From: Balanoglossus misakiensis
Lineage: Eukaryota > Animalia > Hemichordata
Assembly (NCBI GenBank): GCA_040954595.2
Contig: CM082584.2
Location: 3,972,110 to 4,036,109 of the forward strand
Length of the DNA: 64,000 nucleotides
Direction of reading: 5' to 3'
Shown: piece by piece, positions 37,901 through 48,081 of the stretch
Layout: every line of letters begins with the position of its first letter
Position numbering within the stretch: position 1 is the stretch's first letter
Notes under the pieces: generated by a model
Databases searched by the model: none
What the model was told of the DNA's origin: nothing
What the model saw: only the letters and a program-made list of their open reading frames with translations
Translations under genes and position numbers: made by a program

Positions 37901-40298
37901 TCATTTCCATACCATTGTACATCAACATCTGCTGTCAAGGTCATCCATCATTCAATTTCAGGTCAGTCAATCTTTGCATCTCCTGTTTTAGTGTCGCTAT
38001 ATTCAAACTGGGATGTTCACATGAAACAAAATTAGAAGACATCAACTTGTGATGGCCGCTAGCTCTCATTAAAGTAGTATATGCTTCGGAAATCAAAGTC
38101 AAAGACTTTTCTCATATTTTGCTGAAGTATTCTAGCTCTCTTTAAGGTTGAGAATAAAAATTAAAGGCCCACCTTGCAGAATTTTGAATGATCAGAGAAC
38201 AAAATTGTCTCAAATTTGAAATTCAATTTGAAGTCTCTGTGTTTACTCTATGGAAAATATTTAAAATACTGATTATTATGAAAACAAGATGGCAAACACC
38301 CTATTATCTTCTTTATTTCAAAAAGACTCCTCACACGCTTTAGCAAAGAATTAAAATGAATGGAGGACTGTCATATTTCTGATTATCTTTCTCCAAGGCA
38401 CATCCTACCTTAATTATTTTATTCCTCTCTGACAGATGATGGAAGTTTTGGAAGACAAGGATGAATTGGTGTCCCTCTATCAATTAATTGATGGCCATAA
38501 TAGCAGCAGTTATGCCCACCATGTTGCCAAAGTTGCTGGATTGCCGACCAAGATACTGGTCAGAGCTCAAGATGTCATTTTCAATTATTCTTTATTTCAT
38601 GCAGTAATCTTTAACCCTTTCACCCCCAGTATTCACTATAGAGGTCTTACTCATACCATAGAAAAGAAGGGTTAAAAATGCAGTTTTGTACTGTTCTGAG
38701 TCTGCATAGGCAAACCATGGTATGTTTGTGTGAATAGGAACATCCATACTTTAAAGCCCCTATAGCTGTCAAATTTCAAATATTTTTTCCACACAAAAAA
38801 CATCAAATATATATTGCCTATCCTCTGAAATCTTCACCATTAAGCCGTATAACTTGCATTTGCATCAGTTTGTCATCTCTTGGCGACGCATACCACGATA
38901 GCTGCGTACTGTATGGAGGCTGAATAAATGGATGTGGCACCTGTTTAATACATAGCGTGTTCAAATTGCAACATGCAGTCACAGTCGGGCATGGATAAGG
39001 TGTTCATGTATACCTATCAGGAAGCTTTATTTAGATGAACCAATTTAAGGATGTACGTTCAGTAATATTGAAAGTATTGTCATTTTTTTTAATTGTGGAT
39101 TTTTGGATTCTCTTGTGTATACATAATGAAAATCCGTGATAAAATAATAGGGGTCACCTCGCTTGTTTTTGAAATACAGAGCCATGAATTTAGTCGATAA
39201 TAGAAGAAAACTGCTGACTCAGCATTTTTCACCAATGGTCTATGGGCAAAATTTTTAACGCAATTTATCTCAAAATATAGCGCGGTGACCCCTATATTTT
39301 ATTTGACCAATGAATTTAAATTTACTGGACTACTAGCTTTGTGTGAAATTTCGTGAAAATGACAATAGTAGAAGTTTGTTTTCTAGCAATTATCAATGTA
39401 ATCCTATGGGAAAAAGTCGGGTCGCGCAGTTTTCTGGGTTTTGTTCTGCGCGTACATCCTTAAGTTGGAAAATAAAGTCATGAAAATAATGCAAAAAGTG
39501 GCAGCTATAGAAGACTAAGAGGCTTTAAAATATCCTTTTTGTGGGACAAGACTACAGATAACGTGATTGAAAGGCACTGTCTTGCAGTTGTAAAAATGAG
39601 TAGCCATGCAATCAACTAATCTCAGTTTAATTAATACTGCTTTTTGCACACTCTAAGATTACACACACAACATGAGTGATTTCAAGGAATGATTTTATAT
39701 ACGAAAAATTAATATATTTTTCAAAGGTACAGGACTGATGGTTATGCATATTTTTTTTATTTGTCAAGAACAAAAGTCATGACAACAAGTTTGTTAAAAG
39801 GCACACTGACTGATGCAGTGTGCTCATTTGAAGAATTTGGACAGATACAGACTTACTGTAAAACGGGTTATTTTCGCGTCAGGAAATTTTCGCGATATCA
39901 AAGGAGGCAACTGTTACGCAAGAATTAAATTTTCGCGTTCTCTTATTTTTACTGGATAGTTATCTCCGAAAAACGTTTTATGCGACTTTTCATTTTCACA
40001 TTTTTTTGGCTCTCGCGTATTTCGCGTAAATTTTTTTCTCGCGAAAATAACCCGTTTTACAGTATTCAGCCTCAGCTTGCTACAGTGATTCATTAAACAT
40101 GTGAATATCCTTTGGTGATTACAGGTCTGGTCGTTGCTTCAACAGAAGAAAGCAATACACATTCCGCATGTATCCAATGATGACAAGAAGACGAGTTGTG
40201 AAGCAGTTGTTCGACAATTTCTGAATTTGAATTTTGAGAAAGATAATCTGCAATCGTTTCTTGGTCAATTGATTACCATTGTTTCTCAGAAAACATGA
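1659..40298 (+). CDS. MSH5: MutS homolog 5, copy 1; 22 coding exons, 847 aa once the exon-20 insertion is removed; as assembled it is interrupted (possible null allele or young pseudogene)
   Basis: GT-AG exons in continuous frame: 1659-1853, 3023-3146, 4445-4525, 4834-4899, 5219-5340, 7096-7205, 8999-9120, 26506-26551, 27398-27536, 27969-28031, 28666-28737, 29523-29579, 30321-30393, 30752-30942, 31291-31336, 32098-32139, 32484-32580, 33113-33329, 35807-35956, (36906-36946 + 37784-37961), 38436-38573, 40125-40298; sum 2544 nt. Motifs [34 protein letters not shown], Walker [19 protein letters not shown], Walker [22 protein letters not shown] are typical of MSH5. Confidence 0.95.
2648..2758. mobile_element. 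111-bp foldback MITE with 9-bp TSD (Mutator-like)
   Basis: Near-perfect palindrome CAATCTGATTAAAATCAGATGTAG..; TSD GGGTCCAGT; empty site in copy 2 (~50810). Confidence 0.88.
5464..5875. mobile_element. Non-autonomous element with a terminal hairpin and an internal region complementary to both ends
   Basis: Absent in copy 2 (~53896). 5602-5624 is the reverse complement of right end plus left end. Confidence 0.75.
6112..6923. mobile_element. PIF/Harbinger-type MITE
   Basis: TIR GGCTGCATTCACAAACACCTCTGGAGGGG, TSD TAA; single TAA at the empty site in copy 2 (54108-54110). Confidence 0.88.
7813..8738. mobile_element. Two adjacent TTAA-flanked MITEs (7813-8155 and 8160-8738; Kolobok-like) sharing one TTAA
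   Basis: TIRs AGCCCCTATAGCTGCCA / TGGCAGCTGTAGAGGCT and AGGGTCTATGACATGC / GCATGTCATAGACCCT. The first family recurs at ~38755-39525. Confidence 0.8.
9450..9862. mobile_element. Older Harbinger-type MITE present in both copies (copy 2 ~55583-56000)
   Basis: Imperfect TIR GGGACCGTCTCAGATTGTCAC / GTGACAATCTGAAACGGTCCC. Confidence 0.65.
10422..10526 (+). repeat. Split direct repeat A1, containing octamer ATGCAAAT (10462-10469) and TATAAAA (10479-10485)
   Basis: Identical by eye to 16487-16591. Confidence 0.92.
10542..11837 (+). CDS. Gag-like protein, predicted spliced: 10542-10730 joined to 11367-11837 (219 aa)
   Basis: C-terminal zinc knuckle [14 protein letters not shown] after an R-rich tract. 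Leader MAHTGP...SVTQ ends at CAG|GTTAGT in phase 0; acceptor TTGCAG|AAA is phase 0. The splice is inferred. Confidence 0.75.
12483..14654 (+). CDS. Pol: reverse transcriptase, RNase H and DIRS-type Dam-like methyltransferase domain
   Basis: RT motifs [25 protein letters not shown]; RNase [23 protein letters not shown]; MT-like IDAMA..N.KL..F.S..YVYPPF. Frame is open from 12456; acceptor TATCCTTTTCAG ends at 12482. Confidence 0.93.
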   Translation, partial: FTPYAWETGPEELPVARKSYTWVSLEGAPRQEPRRPVINVDEVAKSNKKVSPALLSFRNPHEFVAGEVHKHKEVWNRLSTAAENPAQVMHWICDKVTVSQYFKHFRGTFKGCQYDGPSPPAKIFANNPSCQNFVGFISKTIHDRLQTGAISVFGEVGRDPPPHIVMPITVEPKKPRMCIDMRFLNLWIRDMPFKLDKLIDVSRYMKKGEYHFKCDDKSGYHVLIREYDRRYFGFQWGGRWYVNNSLPFGWKLSAYIYHTLGYAITSYARMLGVPCLQYIDDRHGGPLRLPATANTVGRQHSSWSDLELAEAAAFILLAMCIDAGYFIALEKSTLHPVRSLIMLGMTVDTEIQAFIIPEQKVARFLETAELVLSKPTIPVTLLQKVMGKCISFALAIPCARLYIRQMAHAISKMQVSAQNLVRIKGPLREEVQFWLQIVRNAPPFRWPRESHNVIHVYTDASSFKWAAILQPNSQQRQVVSDSWETEWMPRPIAEKEAEALARALVAFKSELADARVDIHSDSAILVHAWNGGFPGSKSVRLNELLKKIFNLCFESNIRLRIVHVRSHENPADQPSRHLSLSEATLSDEAWKKIDRQFGPHTIDAMANKSNAKLSKFISAFPQPENTGVNFFNYKFAPDENLYVYPPFSLVHAVVNHIVQNALKATVLVPRSHYPPFWPSIQRAARSFNKFASRGEVGVVLGPTRSGYHPYKLQCDLFVATFAP
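14807..16090 (+). CDS. Tyrosine recombinase with N-terminal CxxC..CxxC zinc ribbon
   Basis: Catalytic pattern SGDRAHDL (R), TPHGCRS (HxxR), HVGW..AQYY (H/W, Y). CWMC..CHNC starts upstream of the first ATG (14816), right after acceptor TTTTCCCCGCTTAG ending at 14806. Confidence 0.93.
   Translation, partial: DCWMCGLDNHHENYCHNCGTKTHYSRQREHAQGSLPTGFNLPEIDQRMQVILGDRSQHEIQKDRLVQQLESFLFKLDSKKSIWSATPQDITRFLIFKDKDAKTQVHEVNCAHLGSSGLQQCACPKRLRANTVRNMVSKLKTFYQSQAVVAGKATPNPLESIIIERYIKKTSEEQARALLTPKQAKPLFLDKMRLIYRHIIDKMKSPQTAQQLYILARDMAFFKLLAFSGDRAHDLGHVKTQEILRLPDNSGLLFNHTFGKTLRGAGSNLFAVKRCQDTLMCPINTLEAYLELASSLDIDLTTGYLFRPTNSQGVPEQKPFSSQLAYHRLKTYLLDVGIDAGETPHGCRSACAISLAMAGTDIKTLMSHVGWRAEETAQYYMQLGKVISWGSPASTLSELANDEKQNTKRYENLNELIGFSKAFVEKK
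16405..16809 (+). repeat. 3' repeat block B1 (16405-16486), A2 (16487-16591), spacer, B2 (16728-16809)
   Basis: The B1|A2 junction acttag|ttattcaaaa equals the element's right end joined to its left end, i.e. the circle junction. Confidence 0.92.
16810..16934 (+). promoter_or_regulatory. Putative promoter and non-coding first exon of TRIM-DTC copy 1
   Basis: NRF1-like ACGCATGCGC near 16840 and a strong donor AAG|GTAAGG at 16928/16929, both kept in copy 2 (~56575-56667). The coding exon starts with an acceptor (18543), so it needs an upstream exon. Confidence 0.4.
17442..18174. mobile_element. TTAA-flanked MITE (Kolobok-like) upstream of the TRIM coding exon
   Basis: TIR GGTGGCATTGCATGAAA, TTAA on both sides; absent in copy 2 (~57168). 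Confidence 0.85.
18573..24731 (+). CDS. TRIM (RING-Bbox1-Bbox2-coiled coil) fused to a Deltex C-terminal domain, copy 1, 559 aa; nested in MSH5 intron 7
   Basis: Exons 18573-19985, 21798-21985, 24653-24731 (GT-AG, in frame). C3HC4 [21 protein letters not shown], two B-boxes, heptad-rich region. DTC signature GNMP.GTM..ITY.F..GIQGPEHPNPG.PY.G..DN.EGREVL.LLR.AF.RRL.FTI..VVWNGI.H..V..ELAAKGV. Confidence 0.9.
23290..24700 (+). repeat. Old ~790-bp tandem duplication covering the acceptor and start of the TRIM-DTC last exon
   Basis: TATACTATTCCACGTTCA.CGGGATCATACAAAATAAACA at ~23301 and ~24093; TTTTATCCAG|G at 23971 and 24652. Confidence 0.75.
26103..26354. mobile_element. Academ-like MITE (TAGTCTGG ends); a further left arm at ~25877 and right halves at 9941-10094 and ~56079-56232
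   Basis: ~65-bp TIR TAGTCTGGTCCTCTGCCCCATTCCCACTGCTGGCTGCGCTACGCTAAAGG. Confidence 0.7.
29648..29941. mobile_element. Harbinger-type MITE
   Basis: GGCC..ATATGTGCTGTTCCGATTAC inverted at both ends; TAA flanks. Confidence 0.7.
31023..31209. mobile_element. TTAA-flanked MITE; inverted second copy at 40752-40934
   Basis: TIR AGGTATACGGTCACCT; TTAA on both sides in both copies. Confidence 0.78.
32870..33077. mobile_element. Tc1/mariner-type MITE with TA flanks; other copies at 36635-36826 and 39856-40062
   Basis: TA|CTGTAAAA....TATTTTCGCG ... CGCGAAAATAAC..GTTTTACAG|TA. Confidence 0.8.
33749..33922. mobile_element. Second member of the CAATCTGATTAAAATCAGATG MITE family
   Basis: Same TIR; 9-bp TSD CTCCTTACC (33740-33748 and 33923-33931). 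Confidence 0.85.
34144..35520 (+). mobile_element. Helentron/DINE-like non-autonomous element with internal ~240-bp tandem repeats
   Basis: Subterminal IR GGGCCCAAGC with a nearby complement, T-rich tract, 3' GCTTGGGCCC then hairpin GCTGCTTGCAGC and a T-rich end; no TSD. Confidence 0.75.
36947..37777. mobile_element. 831-bp non-autonomous TIR transposon (hAT-like CAGGG ends) inside an MSH5 coding exon
   Basis: 13-bp perfect TIR CAGGGTTTTACAT / ATGTAAAACCCTG; 6-bp TSD ATTGGT at 36941-36946 and 37778-37783. Removing it restores [12 protein letters not shown]. Confidence 0.93.
39049..39459. mobile_element. TTAA-flanked MITE nested at the internal TTAA of the 38755-39525 MITE; inverted family member at 53004-53404
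   Basis: TIR GGATGTACG. The uninterrupted host is seen at 7813-8155; the 53004 copy has an empty site in copy 1 (~4948). Confidence 0.85.
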
Positions 40299-41501
40299 AT
40301 TTTGATATAAAGTTTTGCCCGGGAAAGATCCTTATCTCCACATCTGTGCTCATAAACGATGCATTTTACCATCAATATTTTAGTGTGATAAAATCAAAAT
40401 ACCTATGTACCTGGAAAATCTAAGTATATATAATGCAGAGATCATCAAGCCAAAACGAATGCATCCATTGTGAATCTAGCAGATACACTTTGTTCACTGT
40501 TTAACAGGAGTTTGGTATTTGAAAATGTCGCTTGTAAAATATACCACTCTTTGTGTAGTGTTTTCAAAGTACTGGCATAAAGTACATAGAAACTGTCGAA
40601 GTACACATTAAAAAAATACTGTTTTAACCACTGTTTGTGGGTTCTATATGCATGATACAAGGTCCATCACTCAAGTTCCACACTTCCATTCACCAGAATT
40701 GTAATAAGTGTATTGCACTCCTTTTTATGCAAAACTCCAATGATCCTTTAAAGGTATACGGTCACCTCCAATTTACACACGCCCATATACGTCAGAAATG
40801 GTGTATTTGAGTGTTTTAAAGAGCATATGGTGGCGCTCTTTTTTCATGTGTGCACCCACTGAAAATCTGTGACTGGCTAGATCTCAATTTTCCATGGTAA
40901 CTGTAGCTATATTTGTATAGGTGACTGTATACCTTTAATGTATTGGTGACGGAAGTCTCCCCAACCTTTGAGAACATGTCATTTACAGACTCCCGAAAGA
41001 GACAATGAGAGGCTCCATTTATTCCCATGTCAGTTTTCAATTATAATATCCTCCTGTCTTTCATGCAAAATGCATTGAACGAGAGAAAGCCTGCAGTCTC
41101 AATTTTTATGATTATCTGTTGAATTCAGGTTGATATTTACTTTCTTTATAAATAGATGACAAAAGTTTGCTATGTGGATAAGATTTTGCAGTGATTTTAC
41201 TAAGGTTGGGAAACATTGGTTTTATACCCATGGGAAAATTAGGGCATTAGACTGGAAAGGTTGGTCACTGCAACTCACTGATAATCATGATTCGTTCGTG
41301 AGAGAGGGAGAGGGAGAGGGAGGGAGGGTGGAGAGTGCCCTCAAAACAACATGTCTTTCAGTCAGACCAACCAACCAAGGATTGTAGCTTCAATCAAGTA
41401 CCATATAAAACATGTGTGTCTGTCTAAGGAATTTTACTCTAGAAAAACTTCTTTGAGGTAGTGATCATCACAAATGTCAAAAGAGAATCAACAGGGCTTA
41501 A

Positions 41502-42106
41502 AGCCCCAGTATTTCTCGTGTGCATCCATTTTTCATCATCGAAAAAAGCCCGTTTTTCCAGTACATCCATCATGGAATACTATATAATGAAGATGTAAGA
41601 AAGGTTTGGGCAATTGTAGCTACATGCAAGCCGAAAATATCGCCCGTAACACTTGAAATGATGCGCGGGTTTGTTTACAACGGAAATGTTGTACATGTCG
41701 ATCAGCAAACGTGCCACTTTGACATTTTGATGGTCAGACCATTTTCGGATTTGATCTGGTTCCATCGACTGATATTTCTCCCATAAAGTTATCTTCCCAA
41801 AATTTCGCCGAATTAGTGCGCATTTCTTCGCTGAGTCGCTTGATTTGGGGCGACCAAACCTCTTCCGCATAGATTCACATTTGAGTGCGCATGCGCACTA
41901 GTCACGTGTGTCAACATTAGCCTGACTCACGTGACTTTCTGTCCGGACAGAAAGTCATTCTTCACTCGTTATATTGTAAATTGTATGAGTTTATCAGCAG
42001 AGCTGGGGATGATGACTGTTCGATTCAGTATCAATTATCATCTACTTTTAGAAATTATAGATGCCGTTTCAAACAAAATTTTGCCCCTACGAGAAATACT
42101 GTGGCT
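41502..42106. mobile_element. TTAA-flanked MITE
   Basis: TIR AGCCCCAGTATTTCTCGT / ACGAGAAATACTGTGGCT. Confidence 0.75.
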
Positions 42107-42427
42107 TTAAGGTTGAGATTTGAACAATCAAAATTTGATTATCCATCTTTTTTTCAATGCCATGTTGTGCACTTTGGATAAGTTGTCAGAAATTTGAAAA
42201 TGTTTAAAAGTTCTTTCATATATCGTTGATTTCAGTGACTGACATTTTGCAGTGACTGAGTTTTATATGAGTTTTTATGTTGAAAAAAACACCCAAAGAG
42301 TTTATAACAAAATAAAATGATACAGTTCATTACAGGTGTTTTGCTCATGTATGTGGATGTATGTGATGAGGACAATTCGATGGTCATTAGAATGAAAAAA
42401 CAACAACAACAGAATGACGTTATGTGC

Positions 42428-42814
42428 TAGTCTAGAATCTATCCGTTCGTAGTCGCATTCACCCTACTACCGTCTAGGACCGCAGAACCAAAATCTAGTA
42501 AGGCCATAAAAATGGTAATTTGAATGTGAATAGTCTCCAACTGAGCAGTCTGACGTCAGAGAAGTCAATCACTTACGTTGACCGACTACTGATTGGCCGT
42601 GAGGTGATGACGTTGAATGTTACTTATGTTTACAATGTAGCTCCGCCCCGAATGATACATAATCATGATCACGTGGTGACGCTTGACGTCAGATTGCTCA
42701 GTTGGAGACTATTCACATTCAAATTACCATTTTTATGGCCTTACTAGATTTTGGTTCTGCGGTCCTAGACGGTAGTAGGGTGAATGCGACTACGAACGGA
42801 TAGATTCTAGACTA
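42428..42814. mobile_element. Academ-like foldback MITE with ~130-bp near-perfect TIRs
   Basis: TAGTCTAGAATCTATCCGTTCGTAGTCGC.. inverted at the right end; TSD not evident. Confidence 0.75.
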
Positions 42815-43293
42815 GTTATATGCATGCATGTAAAAACTTGAATGGTAAGGGTTCAGCAATTGTTTGGGGGGGGGGTCACTTAAATTTTGAAATCCAAAAG
42901 GGGGTCATCTTTTTTTTTTTTTGAGATGTTTAGGGGGGTCACATACTTTTGCCACCGAACTTTTGCTAGGACACCCCCTCCCATACTCACCCCCTTCATT
43001 CTTTGCCACATCTAGTGTACCAGGACAGAGTTCTTGTCACCCCACCCCACCAATGCTTACTTTGAGTGGAGTGGCAAAAGTAAAATTGGTCCTCCAAGCA
43101 TTTAGTTAATTTGCTTTTGAGTTCATTAAAATGCAACTTTGAGCTCCATATTTAACAAAAATTTCTTTCCCACCCCCTTCATTCTTCACCACATCTACCC
43201 AGGGCGGAGTACTTGCCCACCCTCCCCCACCCACCCATCCATGCTAACTTTGAGTGGCTAAAATTAAATTAAATTAAAGTTCACCTTATATTT

Positions 43294-43966
43294 AGGGGTT
43301 ATTACACGGATTTTGGTCGATAACGCGTCGTATTCGAGTGTGTCAGTATTTTGACGAGTTGCGCTTCGCAACGAGTCGAAATACGGACATCACGAGAATG
43401 CGTCGCGTTATCGACCAAAATCCGTGTAATAACCCCTTTATCATACATGCCTACCTATAAAACAGTACGATTTGCGAAAATGCACCGAGAAAAACAATTT
43501 CAAATTTGAACTAGGCGCTGGGATCACGGCAGTAGCCATGTTGTGACGTATGACGTGTGGGCCGTAATATAATTTTAAGGGGGTTGGCAGCTTTCATTAC
43601 GATGGGCACATCCGCATTCTAAATAAACTTGTCTACGTTCTCTTTCAAAATATCATGTTAACAATTATTTCGCATTGAGAATTTCGAAGAAGTAAAAATG
43701 AAACATTCAACATGGCAAAACCGCCAGCTTTGAAAACGTTATTTCAGCTTCTAATAACCGAATTTTACAACACCCCTCTCCACTAGCGTCCTATGCCCCG
43801 TACGTCGCTCGCACGCGCAGCGAACTGTCGTGCCGCGCGTTCTCAAAAATTGTTCGAGACGCGGAGTGTAATACCGTAAAATATCGCGCTCAGTGTTATA
43901 CCGTAAAATATCTTCGGGGCGAGAACAATAGAAAGTGTTAAATACAGGCGTTGCATGTATGATAAA
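43294..43966. mobile_element. Non-autonomous element with a terminal hairpin and internal complement of both ends (unrelated in sequence to 5464-5875)
   Basis: Hairpin 43294-43437, immediately followed by TTATCATACATGC, which is complementary to the far end GCATGTATGATAA (43953-43965). Confidence 0.7.
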
Positions 43967-45821
43967 TATATATATCAATAATAGCGAAACCAGAAAGCTT
44001 CTGTTGAAAATTTTATCGTAAAAACGTACAGTCCCTATGAAAATATAGCACCATTTGATTACACTCCCCATTCCTTGAATAGGCTAATCCACATTACGTC
44101 AGCTTAAATTATACTAAATTTAGAAAGAACGAGAACTCCCTCATACGTCATTGTAAATTTGCAGACCAATTGTTCAATTCGGGGTAAATGACCTTTGAAA
44201 AGCTACGTCAAATCTTCCATTTACAGCTAGGACTTGGTAATCGCGGCCACTGGGTCCAAAGTTTAGGCAGTTAACACCATCTTTGGCATGTAGTTGTTTG
44301 CTTTCACGAAAGGTGAGTTTAGGTAGGCGCGGAATGGGACGTTTTGTATTCCATAGGAAATGCGATAGTGACAGGCATCGGCCATTGTGACCTCCATGGT
44401 TCATGATCAAAGCAGAAGAATTTTGGATCGCGCGAAGGCTGTTTTGCTAATTGCTAACCATTGATGACTCAAGTCTTCAATGTTCTAGAGATTGTAGTCG
44501 AGCTATAAAAAAAAAAAGATCCGCTTGAGCGAACGATGGTCTTGCCACCAAAACAACAACTCTCCCGGGCCCAGGCTCCTGATTCGTATTCGCATGCATT
44601 GAGGTTCCTTCTGTAGTCAGTAGCTCTCTGCGTGGCATGGGATGTGTGTCTTCCGGCGATGCTTCGAAACATCTCCGCGCCGTTTAGACAAACAGCCCCG
44701 CCACGTAGAACTACTTCTGTGGTACCTCCATGCGTAGGGCTAGCCTCCACCACATGGAAAGCAAGATGGGTCTGTGACCTGGTACTCGATTATGGAGTGA
44801 GATTCCCGCCAAAACAGATTAATATTCTTATTTATTTATTTATTTGCTTGTTATGTATCATCATGTTTTTGCAATTTATTGCAGTTGTTTGATTATTTCA
44901 GTTTATTTTATCATTAAATTTTTTACAATATTTTTCGATCTCGTTCAGTAGTATTTTTCTTTTTATTTTATCAGTTCATCATTCAAATAATTTACATGAT
45001 TTATTTTATTATTTCTATGACTTCATTAAAGTTGACTTTTTACAAATTTAACTTCTTTTTGCATGAGTATCAGGCAAATTATTCTCTCAATTTGTCATTT
45101 CATCCGTTCAGTCATTATTTTTCATTTCATTTCAGTTTTTCATTCAAATAATTTGCATGATTTATTTCAATGTTTCACTAAAGTTGATTTTTTAAGCATC
45201 TAATTTCTGTTATATCCTTACAATATGAAATTGTGTGTACTCAAATTACTGTCAGTTACACCAATTACCATGTCTAAAATTCTTACAAATGGCTTTGACT
45301 ACCCCCCCCCCCCCCCCCCCCGGGTATATGCAACACCTAACTATAAACAAAAGAGAACAAAAGCCCTTTTTTTTTTTATAATCCAAGTTTAAGCAGTAAG
45401 TCATTTAACCCGGCGGCATCAAAAAAATAAAGCCACACCACACTTCCTACAGTCCTTTTTTCTGCAGTGGAGGTACAAAGTGCACACAAACGACTGCACC
45501 TTAGAAGTCTAGGATGTTCTTATGCAGAGAGAAACTTTAATGTCCAGTGTCCAGTACAGAACAAATGAATGATCAAACTCACAGCTCTATAGGAGTATCT
45601 TGTATATTTATCACACGTGTATACAACATTTTATTATGGTATGCCTCATATTTGTTTACAAAAATAGCTCATAAAACTTAACTTTGTGTGGTTTACTGGG
45701 AAAACTAGTTCAAAGATATCCGTAGTGCTGGCCTAATATTTGTGTTCCAGAAAATTACGTTATATGAAATCCAGGTGGCATTGTCAAGTCTAAAATGCTT
45801 AGGAAGGCCATTGTACTGGTA

Positions 45822-45977
45822 TAGACTCTCTCACAGCCCCTCTCGCTGTTCATGCAGGCTTATAGCCTGATTGCATGTGTCGCTACACAACACCATATGG
45901 GGCTTCTCCTTTGCTAAACGGTTGAGGGCGCATCAGTGAAGAGCATTGTAGTGAAACTTGGGCTGTGAGAGAGCCTA
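45822..45977. mobile_element. Small Academ-like MITE
   Basis: TAGACTCTCTCACAGCCC / GGGCTGTGAGAGAGCCTA with 3-bp GTA flanks. Confidence 0.65.
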
Positions 45978-48081
45978 GTACTGGTAGTGCTTATAATGTA
46001 GGTACATGTATATTGTTAATGGACATTTTCACTCAAAAAGTCAAGAACATGAAAGAAAGATATTTTATTCCAGCAAAAACACTGATTGGTGATGATGTCA
46101 TTGTCAATTATTTTAAAACAGTAAGAAAATCCTCCCCCCCCCCCCCCGCACCTCCCATGTGGCACCCGTCATATATCAACCATTACTTCAAAATACAAAG
46201 CAGTCACACACTGAATGCAACTGTCAATGATGCCAGTATTTGTTTACTTGTCCACTAGCTCATGATCAACTGCCAAAAAGTGTTTGGATGTAGAAACAAG
46301 TCTTTTTCTGCAATAACCATAATAAGTTTGCAAAATCAGTACATGCTCTTGTATAGGGAATTAGCTGGGAGATGTATTAGGCTGGTGAGAGTGGAATATT
46401 GATAGTAAAGTTGAAATCATCTTCAACAGTTTTTTTCTGCAACATTTTTGTATCATGTCTGCCTTTTTCTCTCATTTGGCTATGGTGACTTATTCACAAA
46501 TATAATTTCTATCGTTTTTGTTTTTTAATACACTTCCATTTATCTATTTATGTCATTTATTGTTCTCGCTTGATTTTCCCCCTACATTTATTTCTGTTTT
46601 TCATGTTAAAGTACAGTCCTTTTCCATGTTATCTGTTATTCTTTCGAACTTTTTAGGGTTTTTCCAAAAATTAACAATATTCTACTGTCCTGTAACTTCC
46701 TCTATTTGTAAAGTCGTGTTATTTTCAAAACTATACACTGTAATTACCATGCACTAAGCTGTTTTCTCTTTTAGTGTACAAAAAGTATGGCAAATACCAT
46801 TATTTTCTTAAAAACTGAAAGTGGTTGTCTGCTCATCTCACCATGTACAGCAAATTAAGATGCTGATTGGTTAAATTGAAAAATTATCTTTTATACCTTG
46901 AGATTATATTTTCCAATTCTCCAAATTTCACATCCACATTTTAGTATAGGTTTAAAAGGACTAGTTTGCTTACTTTTAACATCTTTTTGATCGTATTAGT
47001 TTCTTTTGATAGATGATTTATGTTGTTTGCTGAAAAATGGAAAAATCACTGCTTGTTACTATCACATTCTGTATAAACTAGTCTCATCATTCATTGAAAA
47101 CCACAATCTTTTAGCGGCAACACATAGTTTCTGGGTTACAAGCCAGAGGTAGATGACTATGGCCCGTGAGAATGACCCTGTATATAGATTATTCAACGTA
47201 ATTTTGGTTTTTGCCTAAAATTAAGAGACGGAAGTATTCATTTGTTATTTCAAGTGCATTTTACAGGCCATGATCTGAGCGTTGGCAAAAAAGTCATTAG
47301 ACATATTCAAGTAGAATTACATAAATAATTTCTCATAAGAATAAAATGATGAGAATAATGTCAAAAGTGGGTGACTTTGTCCCTTTTTATCACAAAATCG
47401 TTGTCCATTCACGATTTTAAAAGTTTAGACATTGTTATGATCTGCTGAATACAACAGGATGCTTTTAATGCCTTATTATATAACAATTCTCTAGCTAAGT
47501 CCATTTTTTCCATTAGATTAAAATTCTATATCAAAACTTTTAACCATTTCCAATTCCAGTTTTTGGTTTATTTTTATATAAATTGCCATTGGTCTTGGTT
47601 TAATTCCAGATATTTTTAAAGTCAAAAAATATTTTATATAACGATTACTACAAAATTGTGACTGGGCTGCATGGTTGAATTTATATGTCTCTGGCTGCAA
47701 CTGAAAAATGAATGTACCAAACATGATGACACTACAGTAAATGATATTGTAATAGCTCTTGTCTCAGGCTGTGTAAGGGGGGGGCATTAATAAAATTCTT
47801 TGTTTTGCCACCTGTTTGCTGTTCATTTTTTCAGAGAAAATAAAATGCAGATTATGCTGTAGAATAAAAAAAAAACGATATTTTCCATACCGTTGACCAT
47901 CCAATGAGAAACTGGGTTTATGTACTTACGCATACACTTGTATTTCTTTGTTTATTCAATTGGTGGCTGGGTAAGATTAGGGAAAATTGCTGATGGCTAA
48001 CAAAGGATTTTATTTAATATGTGATCTCTTTTTTTCTGAATACCCATAACATTAACACAATACATTTTCCATATTTAGATA

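Noticed and set aside
44050-44900. GC-richer patch with short ORFs on both strands
   Set aside because: No recognisable domain or consistent exon structure; may be a promoter or TE remnant but cannot be supported.
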